This document shows, one piece after another, positions 1 to 14,185 of a stretch of DNA of 64,000 nucleotides (the first letter of the stretch is position 1; each line of letters opens with the position of its first letter). A model generated the notes under the pieces. The model did not search any database and was not told where the DNA came from. It saw nothing but the letters and a program-made list of their open reading frames with translations. The DNA is from Octopus vulgaris (taxonomy: Eukaryota): assembly GCA_951406725.2 (NCBI GenBank), contig OX597826.1, positions 70,928,001-70,992,000 of the forward strand, in the 5' to 3' direction. Position numbers and translations under genes: made by a program.

Positions 1-310
1 TCTTCCATCCGATTGCGCTCAAATCTGATATGTAGATACCGACGGTATCAGGGCGTGTATAAGTCTTGACAAAATTACAAAAATCGATTCCAGGTGAGAA
101 TGATCGATAAAGAATATTTGTGTGAATAAAATCGTTTTTCTTTGGAATAGAAAAAAAAGTATATCTTTATTTCTTCTTTTGCTTTAGGTAAAATCAGTGT
201 TTCTCAGAGGGGAGGCCTATGGGACGGTCGGACAAGTTTCTTTTTTTAGAAACTTTGGTTTAAATGTTTAACAACTCAGCACCATCCATTGGACGGGAGG
301 CGTTTTACTC

Positions 311-311
<1 letters not shown>
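1..311 (+). mobile_element. Non-autonomous Helitron, 3' part (runs off window start)
   Basis: Matches the reverse complement of 60919-61220 over two blocks. Ends in hairpin CCATCCA-T-TGGACGG (282-296) followed by CTCG|T, a decayed CTAG|T Helitron terminus. Confidence 0.7.
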
Positions 312-372
<61 letters not shown>

Positions 373-654
373 GGAAGCGTACGTTTGTCTATATTATGTT
401 TGACTTACAAACACATACTTGAAAGGTTTGCCATATCACTTTAAATATGGTAATAAATAGGATTCGTTTATATCTGTTGTGGTTAGGCTTTTATTTCAAA
501 GCGGAAATTACATCAGTCCGCTGGTACACATTAGCTGGAATATGAAGTATGTCTATACAAGTTAAATTCTGTTCATTATAATATTAATATATGCGCCTGT
601 GTGCATGTGTGTGCGTGTGTGCGTGTTTTATTGTTTGCATGCTTGAGAATATAT

Positions 655-695
<41 letters not shown>

Positions 696-1260
696 TGTAT
701 ACATATATGCATATGACTTTATGTAAAGCGAGAAAAAGGAAGTGGGGCTCATAAATAGTTTCCCAGACAAAAAGTGTATTCAATATTTTAAAACCACCAC
801 ATCCTCGTTTATAAAAGAGAGAAGCGAGTGAAAGATAGAGGAAACGAAATAGAGAAAGTGAAAGATAAATGCCGGAATTGCATGATTTCAGCAGCTATTC
901 TGCACGCATTTCGTTCAAACCAACGCAAACAGTAAAACATGTTTACTTTTCTCATGTATAGATTTGTAAACAGACTCACTGGTTTACAGATATACTATGT
1001 TCATTGATTCAGTACCATTTATTGACTACACAAATGTAAAATATAACACACACGCTACTCTGTTCTATTAGCATGCATTAATACAATTGTTTTGATTTTC
1101 TTTCGATTTATTTTTCACAGAAAAAAAAATACTTACACTATAATCTGCACACAATAATCTTTAGAATAGAATATTTTCAAATCAACTCGCTCTCCAGTTG
1201 CCTTCCATCAAATATTTCGTCTGTCTGCATACAATGTATAACAATATATTTGAGTACTAC

Positions 1261-1386
<126 letters not shown>

Positions 1387-1704
1387 CGTGTATGTATGTA
1401 TTATGTATATGTATATGATTATATATATATATATTTTTGGTTGTCCGGAAAGTTCTCAGCGTTTTTAAGCTAAATCTTTTGACGCTTCATTAAACACACC
1501 TGAAACGTATCACTGTAAAAACTTTGGCACTGCTTAAAATGATAGTGCACCTCTTCTTCTTTGTTCCTGACTTAAAATAGATCTATCTTTCATTCCGCTT
1601 ACCCTTTATTGATATTTGAGTGATAACCAAAAATTTCGTATTCGCGTTGTAATGGTTTTCTTTTTTAAAAAAAGGAGAAAATACTGCGAAAGCTTGCAGA
1701 AACA

Positions 1705-1946
1705 TTTTACTCTTTTACTTGTTTCAGTCATTTGACAGCGGCCATGCTGGAGCATCACCTTTCGTCGAGCCAATCGACCCTAGGACTTATTCTTTAGATG
1801 CCTAGTACTTAATCTATCAGCCTCTTTTGCCGAACCGCTAAGTTACGGGGACGTAAGCACACCAGCATCGGTTGTCAAGCGATGTTGGGCAGACAAACAT
1901 AGACACACAAACATATACACGCACTTGCATATATATATATGTATGG

Positions 1947-2001
<55 letters not shown>

Positions 2002-2142
2002 TATGACGGGATTCTTTCAGTTTCCGTCTACCAAATCCACTCACCAGGCTTTGGTCGGCCCGAGGCTATAGTAGAAGACACTTGCCACGCAGTGGGAATG
2101 AACCCGGAACCATGCAGTTGGTAAGCAAGCTACTTACCACAC
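1705..2142 (-). mobile_element. tRNA/CORE-type SINE with internal (TA)n (family C), inserted in mariner
   Basis: Reverse complement matches 56085-56330 and 61846-62010. Removing it restores the mariner frame AKACRNI|CKFYGDDAV. Confidence 0.85.
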
Positions 2143-2946
2143 AATTTGTAAATTTTATGGTGATGATGCTGTAGGTGAATTAACTGTTTAAAACGAGAGT
2201 GTTTAACTGGGAAGATGACAATCGCAGTGGAAGACCTTCCAAATTGGATGAAGATATTTTGAAGGCAAAAATTTGAAAACTTGCAGAGTAGTTGGAAGTT
2301 TCTAAAACTACGGCTCATAAACACCTAGTGAAGCTAGGATAAATTTCTCGCTATAATGTATGGGCCCCTCACAAACACTCAGAAAAGTATTGCTTAGACC
2401 GGTATTCCGTTTGTGATATGCTTTTGAAAGGGAATGAAAGCATGCCTTCTTTGAAACATCTTGTGACTGGAGATGAAAACTGGATTGAGTACGAAAACAT
2501 AATGCGAAAAAGATCCTGGAGTTTGCGTAAGGATCCAACAAAACAGCAATCAAACACGAATATCCATGCCAAAATGCTATGCTTTGTGCGCATAACTTAA
2601 CTGGATCTCATTCGAAACCCAAACAGTGACATGATATTATCACAACATTATTTATTATGAGCTTCTTTCACAAAACCACACCGTTAATTCTAATGTGTAC
2701 TGTCGACAGCTGGCTAGTTTGAATATAAAAATAAGAACTGAGGCCGGAGATTACCAAGAGGAAAGGAGTAGTATTCCAACACGACAATGCCCGATCATAT
2801 GTGTCTTTGGCAACCCGAACAAAGTTACATGAACTTGGCCGGAATCATTTACAGCATCCACCATATTCTCCTGATATTGCGGCGTCCGACTACCGCTTGT
2901 TTATGTCTCTACTGAACTAATTGCAAGGAAATGCGTTTAACGATTT

Positions 2947-3255
2947 TTTCTTGCGCCCTTTTCAAGACTAGCCAGGCTCATGGGCCCGGTTTCCCGGTTT
3001 CTGTGGCGTATGTGTTCCCCCCAGCTGAACGGGACGCCAGTCCATCGCAACGTTACTCAAGAAACAAGAAGAAAGAGTGAAAGAAACTTGGGGCGAATGA
3101 GTACAACAGGGGTCGCCACCACCCCCTGCCGGAGCCTCGTGGAGATCTTTAGGCGTTTTCGCTCAATAAACACACACAACGCCCGGTCTGGGAATCGAAA
3201 CCGCGATCCTTCGACCGCGAGTCCGCTGCCCAGACCACTGGACCATTGCGCCCCA
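2947..3255 (-). mobile_element. tRNA-derived SINE (family B, subtype B1), full length
   Basis: A/B box head on the minus strand. V-SINE-like segment CGATGGACTGGCGTCCCGT. 11-bp TSD TTTAACGATTT at 2936-2946 and 3256-3266. Confidence 0.9.
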
Positions 3256-3487
3256 TTTAACGATTTAGATGGAGTCAAATGCACTTTGGTAACTTCTTTC
3301 TTCACAACCAGCCAAGTTTTATGCTGATGGAATATTTAAACTGCCTCATAGATGGGCAAAGGCCATCAATAATAATGGAAATTATTTCATCCAATAAAAT
3401 CGAAAGGTCAATTATTTTATATCCATTTTTGCATATTAAAAAACGGTCAAAACTTTCCGGACAACCATGTGTGTTTGTATGTGTATG

Positions 3488-3544
<57 letters not shown>

Positions 3545-3555
3545 ATGTATGTATG

Positions 3556-3626
<71 letters not shown>

Positions 3627-3699
3627 TGGTGCCAAAGAAATTCAATTTATCTCGGCTTTCATCATTAATATTATAATTGGAAATGAATTGAAGAGAGAG

Positions 3700-4330
3700 C
3701 GGTAGATTATCAGCGGATTAGAAGTCGGAAAAATGATTGACAGGATTTCGTTTAGTTCTATGATTTGAGATTATATCCCATTGAGACCAACTTTGCCTTC
3801 CATCTTATCAGAATCCATAAAATATAATTGATAAAATTAAGACGGCGAGCTGGCAGAAACGTTAGCACGCCGGGCGAAATGCGTAGCCGTATTTCGTCTG
3901 CCGCTACGTTCTGAGTTCAAATTCCGCCGTGGTTGACTTTACCTTTCATCCTTTCAGGATCGATTAAATAAGTACCAGTTACGCACTAGGGTCGATATAA
4001 TCGACTTAATCCGTTTGTCTGTCCTTGTTTGTCCTCTCTGTGTTTAGCCCCTTGTGGGTAGTAAAGAAATAAATAGGGTATTTCGTCTGCCGTTACGTTC
4101 TGAGTTCAAATTCCGCCGAGATCGACTTTGCCTTTCATCATTTCGGGGTCGATAAATTAAGTACCAGTTACACGCTTGGGTCGATGTAATCGACTTAATC
4201 CCTTTGTCTGTCCTTGTTTGTCCCCTCTATGTTTAGCCCCTTGTGGGCAATAAAGAAATAATAAAATATAGTACCAGTCAAGTCGATGGTATTGCTTATC
4301 CCTCCTCTTAAAATTGCTGCCCTTGTACAA
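3700..4330 (+). mobile_element. SINE family A partial tandem dimer (3842-4260) nested in an older family A copy
   Basis: Head GGCGAGCTGGCAGAAACGTTAGCACGCCGGG, B box GAGTTCAAATTCC and core GACTTTGCCTTTCATC..GGGGTCGATAAATTAAGTACCAG. Second unit restarts at GGTATTTCGTCTG (4077). ATAAAATATA occurs on both sides. Confidence 0.85.
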
Positions 4331-4334
4331 CGAA

Positions 4335-4378
<44 letters not shown>

Positions 4379-4569
4379 GAGGGGAGAGAGACAGAAGACA
4401 GACAGACAAACAGACAGATAGACATGGATGGAGGGTGAGCGAGAGGGCATCTATGCTATCACTCGATCTGCTATAACTACCAGTCAAACTCCAATACAGT
4501 TATTCTCTCGCGTTTTAATGAAGAAGAACGCCATATTAGATATTCAAGTCCGAGATCACTCCTAAAAAA

Positions 4570-5022
4570 AATTATCATCATCATCAATATAATTAATATC
4601 ATTTTCATCATTATCATTACTCGCTCCATTAGCACCAACATCATAATCATCACAATCGTTTTTATCATCATCATAATCATCACAATCGTTTTTATCATCA
4701 CCACCATCATCATCATCATCATCATCCTCACCGCCACCACCATCACCATCGTCACACCCACCATCACCACCAGTATCATCATCAACAACATGGCTACCAT
4801 ATATCCTACTATCAGAACCAACTTTATCATCATCATCATCATCATCATCATAAACATCATCATATATCATCATCATCATCATCTTTTTCATCTTCATCTT
4901 CATCATCAGTGGCTCTGTGAACTTCTTTTAATATTTCTTTATATTTTCAAGATTTTTCCATACTGTATAATTCCTGTTTCGTACATAATGGAGATGAAAG
5001 AAAATATGAAAATAAAAATAAA

Positions 5023-5058
<36 letters not shown>

Positions 5059-5067
5059 TATTATTAT

Positions 5068-5135
<68 letters not shown>
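4570..5135. repeat. (CAT/CAC)n and (AAT)n microsatellite cluster
   Basis: Direct reading; representative of dozens of such tracts in the window. Confidence 0.9.
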
Positions 5136-5137
<2 letters not shown>

Positions 5138-5340
5138 CGTTAGCCATTACCATGAAACTAAAATTGATACACCCTTCCACACCACCCACATAATATTAGA
5201 ATGGTTCTTGGAGAACATACTTCAAGAGATAATCAATATTTATTTTCATTTCGTTTCTTTCTGTCTATTTTTTATGTGTATGTGTTCATACATACACACA
5301 CACACACACACATATTTATATATATATATACACAAATAAA

Positions 5341-5420
<80 letters not shown>

Positions 5421-5456
5421 CATATGTATATATATATATATATATACATATATATT

Positions 5457-5499
<43 letters not shown>

Positions 5500-5834
5500 A
5501 TACATATGTATGTACGTCTACACATGTATGTATATGTGCCTCTGTGTGGGGGCTTACATATGTGTGTTGGACTATTTGTATTTGTGTATGTGATTTTGAA
5601 AAGATGATTTTAGTGTTTCCATGACAACTATCTATTCGATCAAACGAAGCGATGGAATAAATATAATTTATTATTTTAGTTCCAAGTTAACACACACACA
5701 CACACACAAACACACATGCACACAGAGAAACACTTACACACATACAGGCAGACACACTCACTTGCACGCACAAGAACATACGTACCTACACATACATAGA
5801 TATATGTGTGTCCGTGTAGGTGTCCGTGTATATA

Positions 5835-5896
<62 letters not shown>

Positions 5897-6431
5897 CATA
5901 TATATACATATATATACATATATATATTTGTGTATATATATATAAATATGTGTGTGTATGTATGTATGAACACATACACATATATATATATGATACATGT
6001 ATACATATGTGCGCGCGAGTATCGCTATTATAATTAAATAATATAATCAGGGGAGGACCAGTGCCGATGACCTTTTTGGGGTTTTACTCAGATGTTTCAA
6101 TCGCTGCCCCTTAATGTTTTAGTTTAATCATCCATGGATCGATGCCGTAGTAAAGTATTTGGGCTTCTGGGAAATCCGGGTCATCTACAATGCTCTACAT
6201 GAATTAGGCGCCATATTGAATCCAGTGTTTGCAGAATAAGAATCAAGACGATGAGTGAAATACGTTTTTTCTCACTTCTCAAACCGTCCTTGTTACCATG
6301 GTTTCATTATCGTTCTTCTTTTAGATTTTGTTTCTTCTATCCCAGAGACTACAATTTTCTAGAACTGCAATCTCCTCCACCTCACTGTTTCTCTTGCTTC
6401 TTACGATTTCTCAGTATTTGTCTTAATATTT

Positions 6432-6650
6432 GGCGGCGAGCCGATAGAATCGTTACCGCGCCGGACTAAATGCTTATCAGCATTTCGTCCGTCTTCCCAT
6501 TATGAGTTCAAACTCCGCCGAGGTCGACTCTGCATTTCATCCATTTCGAGGTCGATAAAATAAGCACCAGCTGAGCACTTGGATCGATTTAATCGACTTG
6601 GTCCCTCCCCCAAAATTGCTGGACTTCTACCAAAATTTGAAACCAAATAT
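6432..6650 (+). mobile_element. SINE family A copy
   Basis: Similarity to 3842-4070 and 44155-44380. Confidence 0.85.
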
Positions 6651-6724
6651 TTGTCTTGAATGACTGAAAATGACGGGTGTTTTTAGGGTCCCCCTGTAAT
6701 CTTAGTAGTTTCTGCTGTCGTTCT

Positions 6725-6805
6725 TCTTTAGCCCCAGCTTCACGGTCTTGATTGAGCTGACCTATGATGAACAATGTCCCAGGCATGATGACCATTTTCC
6801 CCCCA
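6725..6805 (+). repeat. Old dispersed repeat fragment (related copies near 17630-17700, 19150-19200, 33370-33445)
   Basis: Shared degenerate motif TTTAGCCYCAGGTCA..CYTGATYGAGC.GACCTA in several places, all on the + strand. Confidence 0.5.
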
Positions 6806-6950
6806 TCATTTTTGGGGTGCTATGTGTAAGGGACATATAACGTGAAATTATTTTGTTAACGAAGATGCAACGTTAGTGTGAAAAACATGACAACTTGTAT
6901 TAATTTGTTGTATTTGTTATCTTAATTCGTTTTTCTTCTTTCTGTTTCAG

Positions 6951-7970
6951 ACAATGCATAGCTGGATTGCAGCTTCAATGTCACCATCCCATAGCAGACG
7001 ACGGGAAAAGGATACTAAACGCCATAACCATCATCATCATACCGGTGTACGTGAAAAGCCACACGGGGCCGAAAGCCTCGATCCTGAACTGCTGTGTAAA
7101 ATCCTGCATACTAATATCAGTAAGGACAACCATAAAGAGCATGGCAGACCCAGTTCTCTATTGTCCCCAAGTTATAATACCCTATCAAAATCTTGCGACG
7201 ATATGACCAAATGCGATGACAGCCCACAACCAGTTGAAACTATTATCCATGATAAGAAATATATTGGTTTGGTGCCGGCCGCTTATGTAAATCGAAGCAA
7301 GTCACATAACGATATCATTATCCAGCGACGGCTTGTTACCCCAAAAGATTCGAAATCCGCTTCCCCAACTCCATTACCTTCGGCCTATATGGAAGAACGT
7401 TACGTGATTCGCATCCGAAAAGGACCGCACCATTCACACAAAATGCATAAATCTCATTCGGGTTATCTGAAACCCAAGACTGAGCTTTCCCGATCCTACA
7501 GTGCGCATAACTTAACTGGATCTCATTCGAAACCCAAACAGCGACATGAGATTATCACAACATTTGGTTTGTCCCCAGATTCACCGCCGTCAAGTCAAGA
7601 AATCTCGCCAGAGACAAGCACTGAAAGACAAACACCAACAGATAACCAAAACTCAAGCAGTCATGTTGAGAGAACTCCGTCCGAAGAGCATGACGAGCAA
7701 AACAACCACAAAAATAACAATAATAACAACAACACCAACAACAACAGAGAAAGTCATCACGGAAAAAATAGTCTACACCACAAACTTTTCCTGAACTTAC
7801 CAGTTCCAGAGAGAAGGCATAGTTATGTCGGCGGGCAGACGGCTTACAGTGCCAAATCGAAATCACCAACAGCTAGAAAATCAGAGAGCGGTCATTCTCT
7901 GTTGAGCGTGGAAACCATAAAAGCTCTTGTCACTCCTCATGGCAAGAAGCACCACAGAGATATGAAATAA
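6951..7970 (+). CDS. Terminal coding exon of an unidentified gene; Ser/His/Pro/Lys-rich, probably disordered C-terminal tail (~339 aa)
   Basis: Strong acceptor TTTTTCTTCTTTCTGTTTCAG|ACA at 6950/6951. 1020-nt non-repetitive open frame ending in TAA at 7968-7970. Higher GC than flanks and no TE motifs. Upstream exons not seen in the window. Confidence 0.85.
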   Translation, partial: TMHSWIAASMSPSHSRRREKDTKRHNHHHHTGVREKPHGAESLDPELLCKILHTNISKDNHKEHGRPSSLLSPSYNTLSKSCDDMTKCDDSPQPVETIIHDKKYIGLVPAAYVNRSKSHNDIIIQRRLVTPKDSKSASPTPLPSAYMEERYVIRIRKGPHHSHKMHKSHSGYLKPKTELSRSYSAHNLTGSHSKPKQRHEIITTFGLSPDSPPSSQEISPETSTERQTPTDNQNSSSHVERTPSEEHDEQNNHKNNNNNNNTNNNRESHHGKNSLHHKLFLNLPVPERRHSYVGGQTAYSAKSKSPTARKSESGHSLLSVETIKALVTPHGKKHHRDMK

Positions 7971-8136
7971 CGGACTCGAGAATCGGATGATTGATAAAAA
8001 CGACTAAAACAGCGGGAAAATATAGACCTCACTCAACAATATTATAAACATTCACGTAAAAGTATATAGAAATAGGAAATGAACAAACCGATTATGTACG
8101 TATTATATACATACATATAAATACATACATACCTAC

Positions 8137-8263
<127 letters not shown>

Positions 8264-8889
8264 CAAATACATTCGTACGTATAAGTATGCATTCAAATAA
8301 CGCACTCACACACGCGTAACTATGTATAAGTATGTATTTATATTTGTATCTATGTTTCTATGTATGTACATATGTATATGCCCCTATATGCATCAAATAT
8401 AATATCATATATAACTGAAAGTATATTTACATACATACTGACGTTTCTATTCAAAACACCAATTAGTTGAGAAAAAAAAATCTACGGACATACCGGGATA
8501 CATGAACTAAAAGAATTCATTAAAAAAAAAAACAATGAAAAAAGTTTTATTTTTATTAAATTTTTTCTTTTATTTCATTTATTTTATTTATCCTTTTTAT
8601 TTTTGTTTTATGCCTTTTGTTCTTTTGCAACAGCGTCAAGGCTGATTTAAGTTCTCTAATTAAATGATGGGAAAAAAATGTTTTATTATTTTCTCGAGCC
8701 AGAATTCTATTTAGTTGAGGCCATGACACGGCCCCCATTACCGATGACAAAATATGCATTAAAAGACAAACGCGCCATTGTTCAGGAATATCAATGGGTT
8801 GGATTACTAGACTTTTACATTACTACAGAAATAGAAAATGCTGGAAATTATAAGTGGAACAGGACAAGAGATCATACAATGTATTTGTA

Positions 8890-8930
<41 letters not shown>

Positions 8931-9032
8931 ATTTATTTATTTGTATATATGCATGTATGTATGTATGAGTGTGTATGTATATATGTGTGTGTTGTGTGCG
9001 TGTATGTATATATGTATATCCCTGTATATATA

Positions 9033-9116
<84 letters not shown>

Positions 9117-10393
9117 TATACATATATAATATATATATATATGCATATGCACCTATACTTGTTAACTATATTTTGTACATAATTATACTTCTTGTCACTG
9201 AAAACAATTCTAAAAAATTATTACAGAACTAATTTTAACAAATGCCACTAAAATATTCTTTCGTCTCTCCAAGACAAATATTAACGATTTCCATTTGTAA
9301 CGTGTTATTTTTTAATTGTTTTTGGTCACTATTTATTTTGGGGGCAATGTTCCTCAATTAGAATTGTTTTGATAGTTGTCAGTTTTATAATGTTGCTCAT
9401 GGTGGTGTTGTGATTGTAGGCGCTAACGCCGTTGTTTTTGGTTGTTGTAATTGTCGTTGCTGCTACTGGTGGTGGTGGTAGTAGTAGTAGTAGTCGTTTT
9501 GGGGGTGGGGATGAGTGCGGTGGTGTTGAAACACTTCTCAACAACCCCAGTGGTCTTGGGCCACCGGCCGTTTTGTTGTGACTCACTGTCGCATATCAGA
9601 GAAAATGTCGTCTGCTGTTCAGTGATTTCGTTACATGCAACACTCAAATGTGTCTGTTTCATTTTTTCTTATTTATATGATGTCTTCTGTTGGGCCAACA
9701 TCTATGCCAGTAGAGAAAAGGACCACAAGCTCTCTTTGTACCATTGCCAGTATAATATACACGATCCTCACGGGATAGCCAGACCAGTTCGTCGATCTCT
9801 TTCTGTTATTTTCAAGTATAATTAAATTATAACTACTTAATTCCATTCTCATACATTCCGAGTTAAAATCCCGCCGTTGTGAATTTTACATTTCATCCTT
9901 TCCTTGTGGTGTCGATTAAATAAATATCAGTTAAATACCGCAGGTTTATCGTTTATGGCCTAGTTACTAAGCTATGAATCGACCGATTTGATATTGCTTA
10001 TCAAAGCAAATCAAAAGAGGTAATTTTGAAGATATGCTTAAAGGCATTTTCTGACGCCTCTTTAAATTTCAATGCTGTTGAGTTTGAATTTGACTTGTAA
10101 ACGTCTGACACCGATATAATTGTGTACTAAACATTTAATTCAATTCACTTTGATCTACCTCCCAGAATCTGACAAATGTGACACGCCTTATACCAATAAG
10201 AATACTAATTTTTTTTTTCTTCAGAAGCTCAGGCCCGGTAAGTGTAACTAATGGGCAGGCTTACTATTAGCTATACGTCCGATCCCAGTAATTTTCAAAT
10301 ATGCAGATTAAAAAAAATAAACAGCTGTTTACAGGTTCATCATTTCACAGGTGTTTGAACACGGCCAAACCAATTATCAATGTGGGATACCCC

Positions 10394-10464
<71 letters not shown>

Positions 10465-10575
10465 TGGGAAGATTTTGGCTAAAGCATTCATTCAATGAAG
10501 AGTGAATTTAATATGCAGAAATTCCTTCATTTGTCGATGATGATGACGACGACGACCAAGACGACGATGAGGATA

Positions 10576-10623
<48 letters not shown>

Positions 10624-10794
10624 TGGAGGGGAAGAATGAAGATAAGGAGGAGGGAAGGAGGGAAGGAGGAGGAGGAGGAGGAGGAGTGTGATGTTGTTGA
10701 TGAAACTTATTTTTATTTTTATTTTCGTCAATATTTTTGTCACATTCTGTGGCTGTGTTTGTTTATATCCATTATTGTTAAAAAATGCAGTAAA

Positions 10795-11271
10795 GGTTGA
10801 TGGTTAATTGCTTTGCAAGTATTTAGTCCTTCACATTCTGAGTTCAAATTCTGAGGAGCTCAACTTTGCCCTTCCTTCTTCGAAAGTCGATAAAACGAAG
10901 TACTAATCAAGTACTGAAGATCGACTTTAAACAAATAATTTTGTGCCGCACGTTAGAGGCATTATTATTTGTTATTGTTGTTGTTGTTGTTGTTGTTGTC
11001 GTCGTTATTGTTATTATTGTTGTTATTGATATTTTTGTTGTTGTTATGATTATTATTATTATTATTATTATTATTATAAAGGCGCTGAGCTGGCAGAATC
11101 GTTAGCACGCCGGGTAAAATGCTTAGTGGCGTTTCATCCGTCTTTACGCTTTAAGTTCAAATGCTGCCCAGGTCGACTTTGCTTTCATCCTTTCGAGGTC
11201 AACAAGATAAGTACCAGTCGAGTACTGGGGGGGGGGGGCTAAATTGCTGGCCTAGTGCCAAAATTTGAAAC

Positions 11272-11275
<4 letters not shown>
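10795..11275 (+). mobile_element. Two SINE family A copies separated by (GTT/ATT)n
   Basis: B box and core motif at 10840-10925 and 11080-11275. Confidence 0.75.
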
Positions 11276-11343
<68 letters not shown>

Positions 11344-11351
11344 CATTATTA

Positions 11352-11610
11352 TATGACATACTCAGTTGTTTAAGGAGTCTTTAATATCCTAGTTGCTCAC
11401 CTGCTCACTTCTAAGGTTTATACGTTCTTTCCAAGTTCTTATAATTTTGCGAAGACTCCTTGCACTATCAAATAATGTACTTTTCTAAATGTACTCAATT
11501 TTCATTTTTATGCTTGTCTTCTCAGACCACCTTTTAATTTCTCTGGTCACTGCAACTAGAACGCCAAAATTACTGACACGATATATGACTTTTCCATTGA
11601 ACATAGCTTT
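11352..11610 (-). mobile_element. 3' fragment of R4/Dong-like (restriction-like endonuclease) non-LTR retrotransposon
   Basis: Minus strand reads approximately VLVAVTREIKRWSEK..KIEYI*KSTLFDSARSLRKII, matching the IQKxxLLGTARILRKVL C-terminus. Tail runs into (AAT)n at 11275-11350. Confidence 0.55.
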
Positions 11611-12050
11611 TTACTGTTATGGGTGTCTCTTTACCTTCTCAGTTTGAAATCGCATGCCTCCGAGATCGTTTTTACCGTTCGTCCTTCTGGGTCTATAACG
11701 AATTAAGGACCGAAGCGATACTGGAGATCGATAAAAGAACTCCTGGTCAAATTACTGAGACCGATTTATTCAACAATATTGCTTAAAAGTAAGATACGAT
11801 GTCTTGGGTCAATGATATTTTTTTTCATTTCTCTTAACTTCTTTTATTTCGCATTTTCACTTCTATGGCTTTTATATGTTAGTGATTAGCAACAGAAACA
11901 TCGCCATTATTATCAATGCTAACTCTATTTTCACCATGGTCAGCATCCACATCGTCGTCGACGTCGACTTTTTTTCTACTACTACCAAAACTACTACCAT
12001 CATCAACACTAACACTATTATCAATTATACTATTATTACTTACTACTACA

Positions 12051-12128
<78 letters not shown>

Positions 12129-12131
12129 AAC

Positions 12132-12182
<51 letters not shown>

Positions 12183-12674
12183 TGCATCAGTATCCATCTT
12201 TGCCCTGACAGCTGTTTCTGGGTGCGTGTGCTCATATGCTTGTATTCGTATTTGTTTGCTTGTGCAAGGTGTGTGTGTGTGTGTCTGTGAACAAGAGACA
12301 TTAGTTTAGGATCAGAGTACTCTTTCAAGGCCACAGTTCACGCCAACCTTTTGCATTTAGAGAACATTTCATTGCAGATTGACTTATTTAACCAATAAGA
12401 TTTTTTTTGTTTTGAACACTTGGATCCGTCCATTACAACCTATGCATGCATGCATATACATATAAATATATAAATAAATAAATAAATACATATACGTATA
12501 AATATATACGTCTATGTGTGAAAGCGTATTTTACTATTATGCGTATAAAAATACAAACATATGTACATACACACACACATATATATGCATATATATGTAC
12601 ACGTGTGCATATGTACATCAACATATATATGCATAAATATATACACATATGTGCATACATTTATGTATATAGTA

Positions 12675-12733
<59 letters not shown>

Positions 12734-12847
12734 TATATACATATATGTATACACACATACACACACATAAATATATATATATAACAGACATGACTTCTTG
12801 ATCGCTTGTTCTAACTGCGTTTCTCTCTTTCTCTCTTTCCTTCTCTA

Positions 12848-12891
<44 letters not shown>

Positions 12892-13107
12892 CTTCCTTAC
12901 AGTTGAAAAGTCATTACAAGATTTCCCTTCAGTGCAAAAGTATTTGTTTTAAAGAAGGAGAAAACAAAAACACGGGGGAAAATGTAAAATAAGTTGAGCA
13001 TCCCTAACAATTAGACTACTGCTTAAGTACGCTGATTGATAGCTACTGCTTAGTTTGAAAACAACAGCAGCAGCAGTAACGATGCTGACGATGATGAGGA
13101 TGATAAC

Positions 13108-13150
<43 letters not shown>

Positions 13151-14112
13151 AATTCATTATACTATTTCGCCCACTAAGTGCAATTACATACACCATCAGT
13201 CATGCATATAAAATACGAAACGTTAAGACCGGAGCTTTGCAAGACTGTGCTGTAGGACAAACTATACATATTAAAGAAAAGAAAAAAGCAAGGGAGTGGT
13301 TTAATGATATTATTAATAAATAATTGATACAAAATTTAGACATACAATGCATATTAAACTTTGAACGCGAAAACAGATAATAAATGCAAAAGATATTGAA
13401 AAAAATATAGGTTTATATAGAATTTACCACCCACACAACTGGCCAGTTCCCACGCCGATAAACTAGCCATTTGGTAGGGTCTATATAGAAAAATAAGTAA
13501 GATGTAGAGAAATGAAATTAAAATTGGTACTGATAGTAAATGAAGTTTTAAGTGTGATAAAGAACGTATACTCTAACATAAGAACCGAACAAGGACAGAT
13601 AACCCCACACACAGAACACTTTCTGTCCAATAGAACTCACAGAGTATGCTTTCGGCACAACCCACTCAACATTTACTTTAGAGAATTACCACTCAACTTT
13701 TATAAACACAACCCAAATATGACATACTCTATGAAATACCAACCAATAGTAGAACACAGCACATACTCAACGGAATTACCACCCAGTAATATAACAATGC
13801 TCACACAAGTTATACTCCATGCAATCACGGCCCAATATTATAATACAGTACAAGATATATTCTATTCAACGGATGCTCGGCAGTACCACAGAGTGAAGCA
13901 GTTCGCGTACCCCAAGCGATGAAATACTAAAGCAATATTAGAAACAGCAAAAGAAGCGCCTACATCACATCAAATCAAAACAGATTTAGTTAGTATATAA
14001 ACACATTTCTATTTGCTTGTCCGAAAGGCGAATATGGAGACGAACTTGGTAGTACAAGTGGAATTCGCATAAAACTTTCAAATAATGGCATCAATAACGT
14101 TTACAATGATGT

Positions 14113-14180
<68 letters not shown>

Positions 14181-14185
<5 letters not shown>

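Larger units (their letters stand above)
1438..3467 (+). mobile_element. Decayed mariner (DD34D) transposon with two nested SINEs
   Basis: Perfect 17-bp TIR core TGGTTGTCCGGAAAGTT (1438-1454) / AACTTTCCGGACAACCA (3451-3467). Transposase motifs: NICKFYGDDAV, LVTGDENWIEYEN..RKRSW, IIYYELL, FQHDNARSY, HPPYSPDIAASDYRLF. 34 residues lie between the 2nd and 3rd Asp. Stops and frameshifts present. Confidence 0.93.

Noticed and set aside
4477-4561. Minus-strand micro-exon after TTTTTTTAG
   Set aside because: Weak donor, no partner exon, and flanked by microsatellites.
9329-9825. Overlapping ORFs on both strands
   Set aside because: Driven by GTT/GTA/GGT simple repeats; probably UTR or intergenic.
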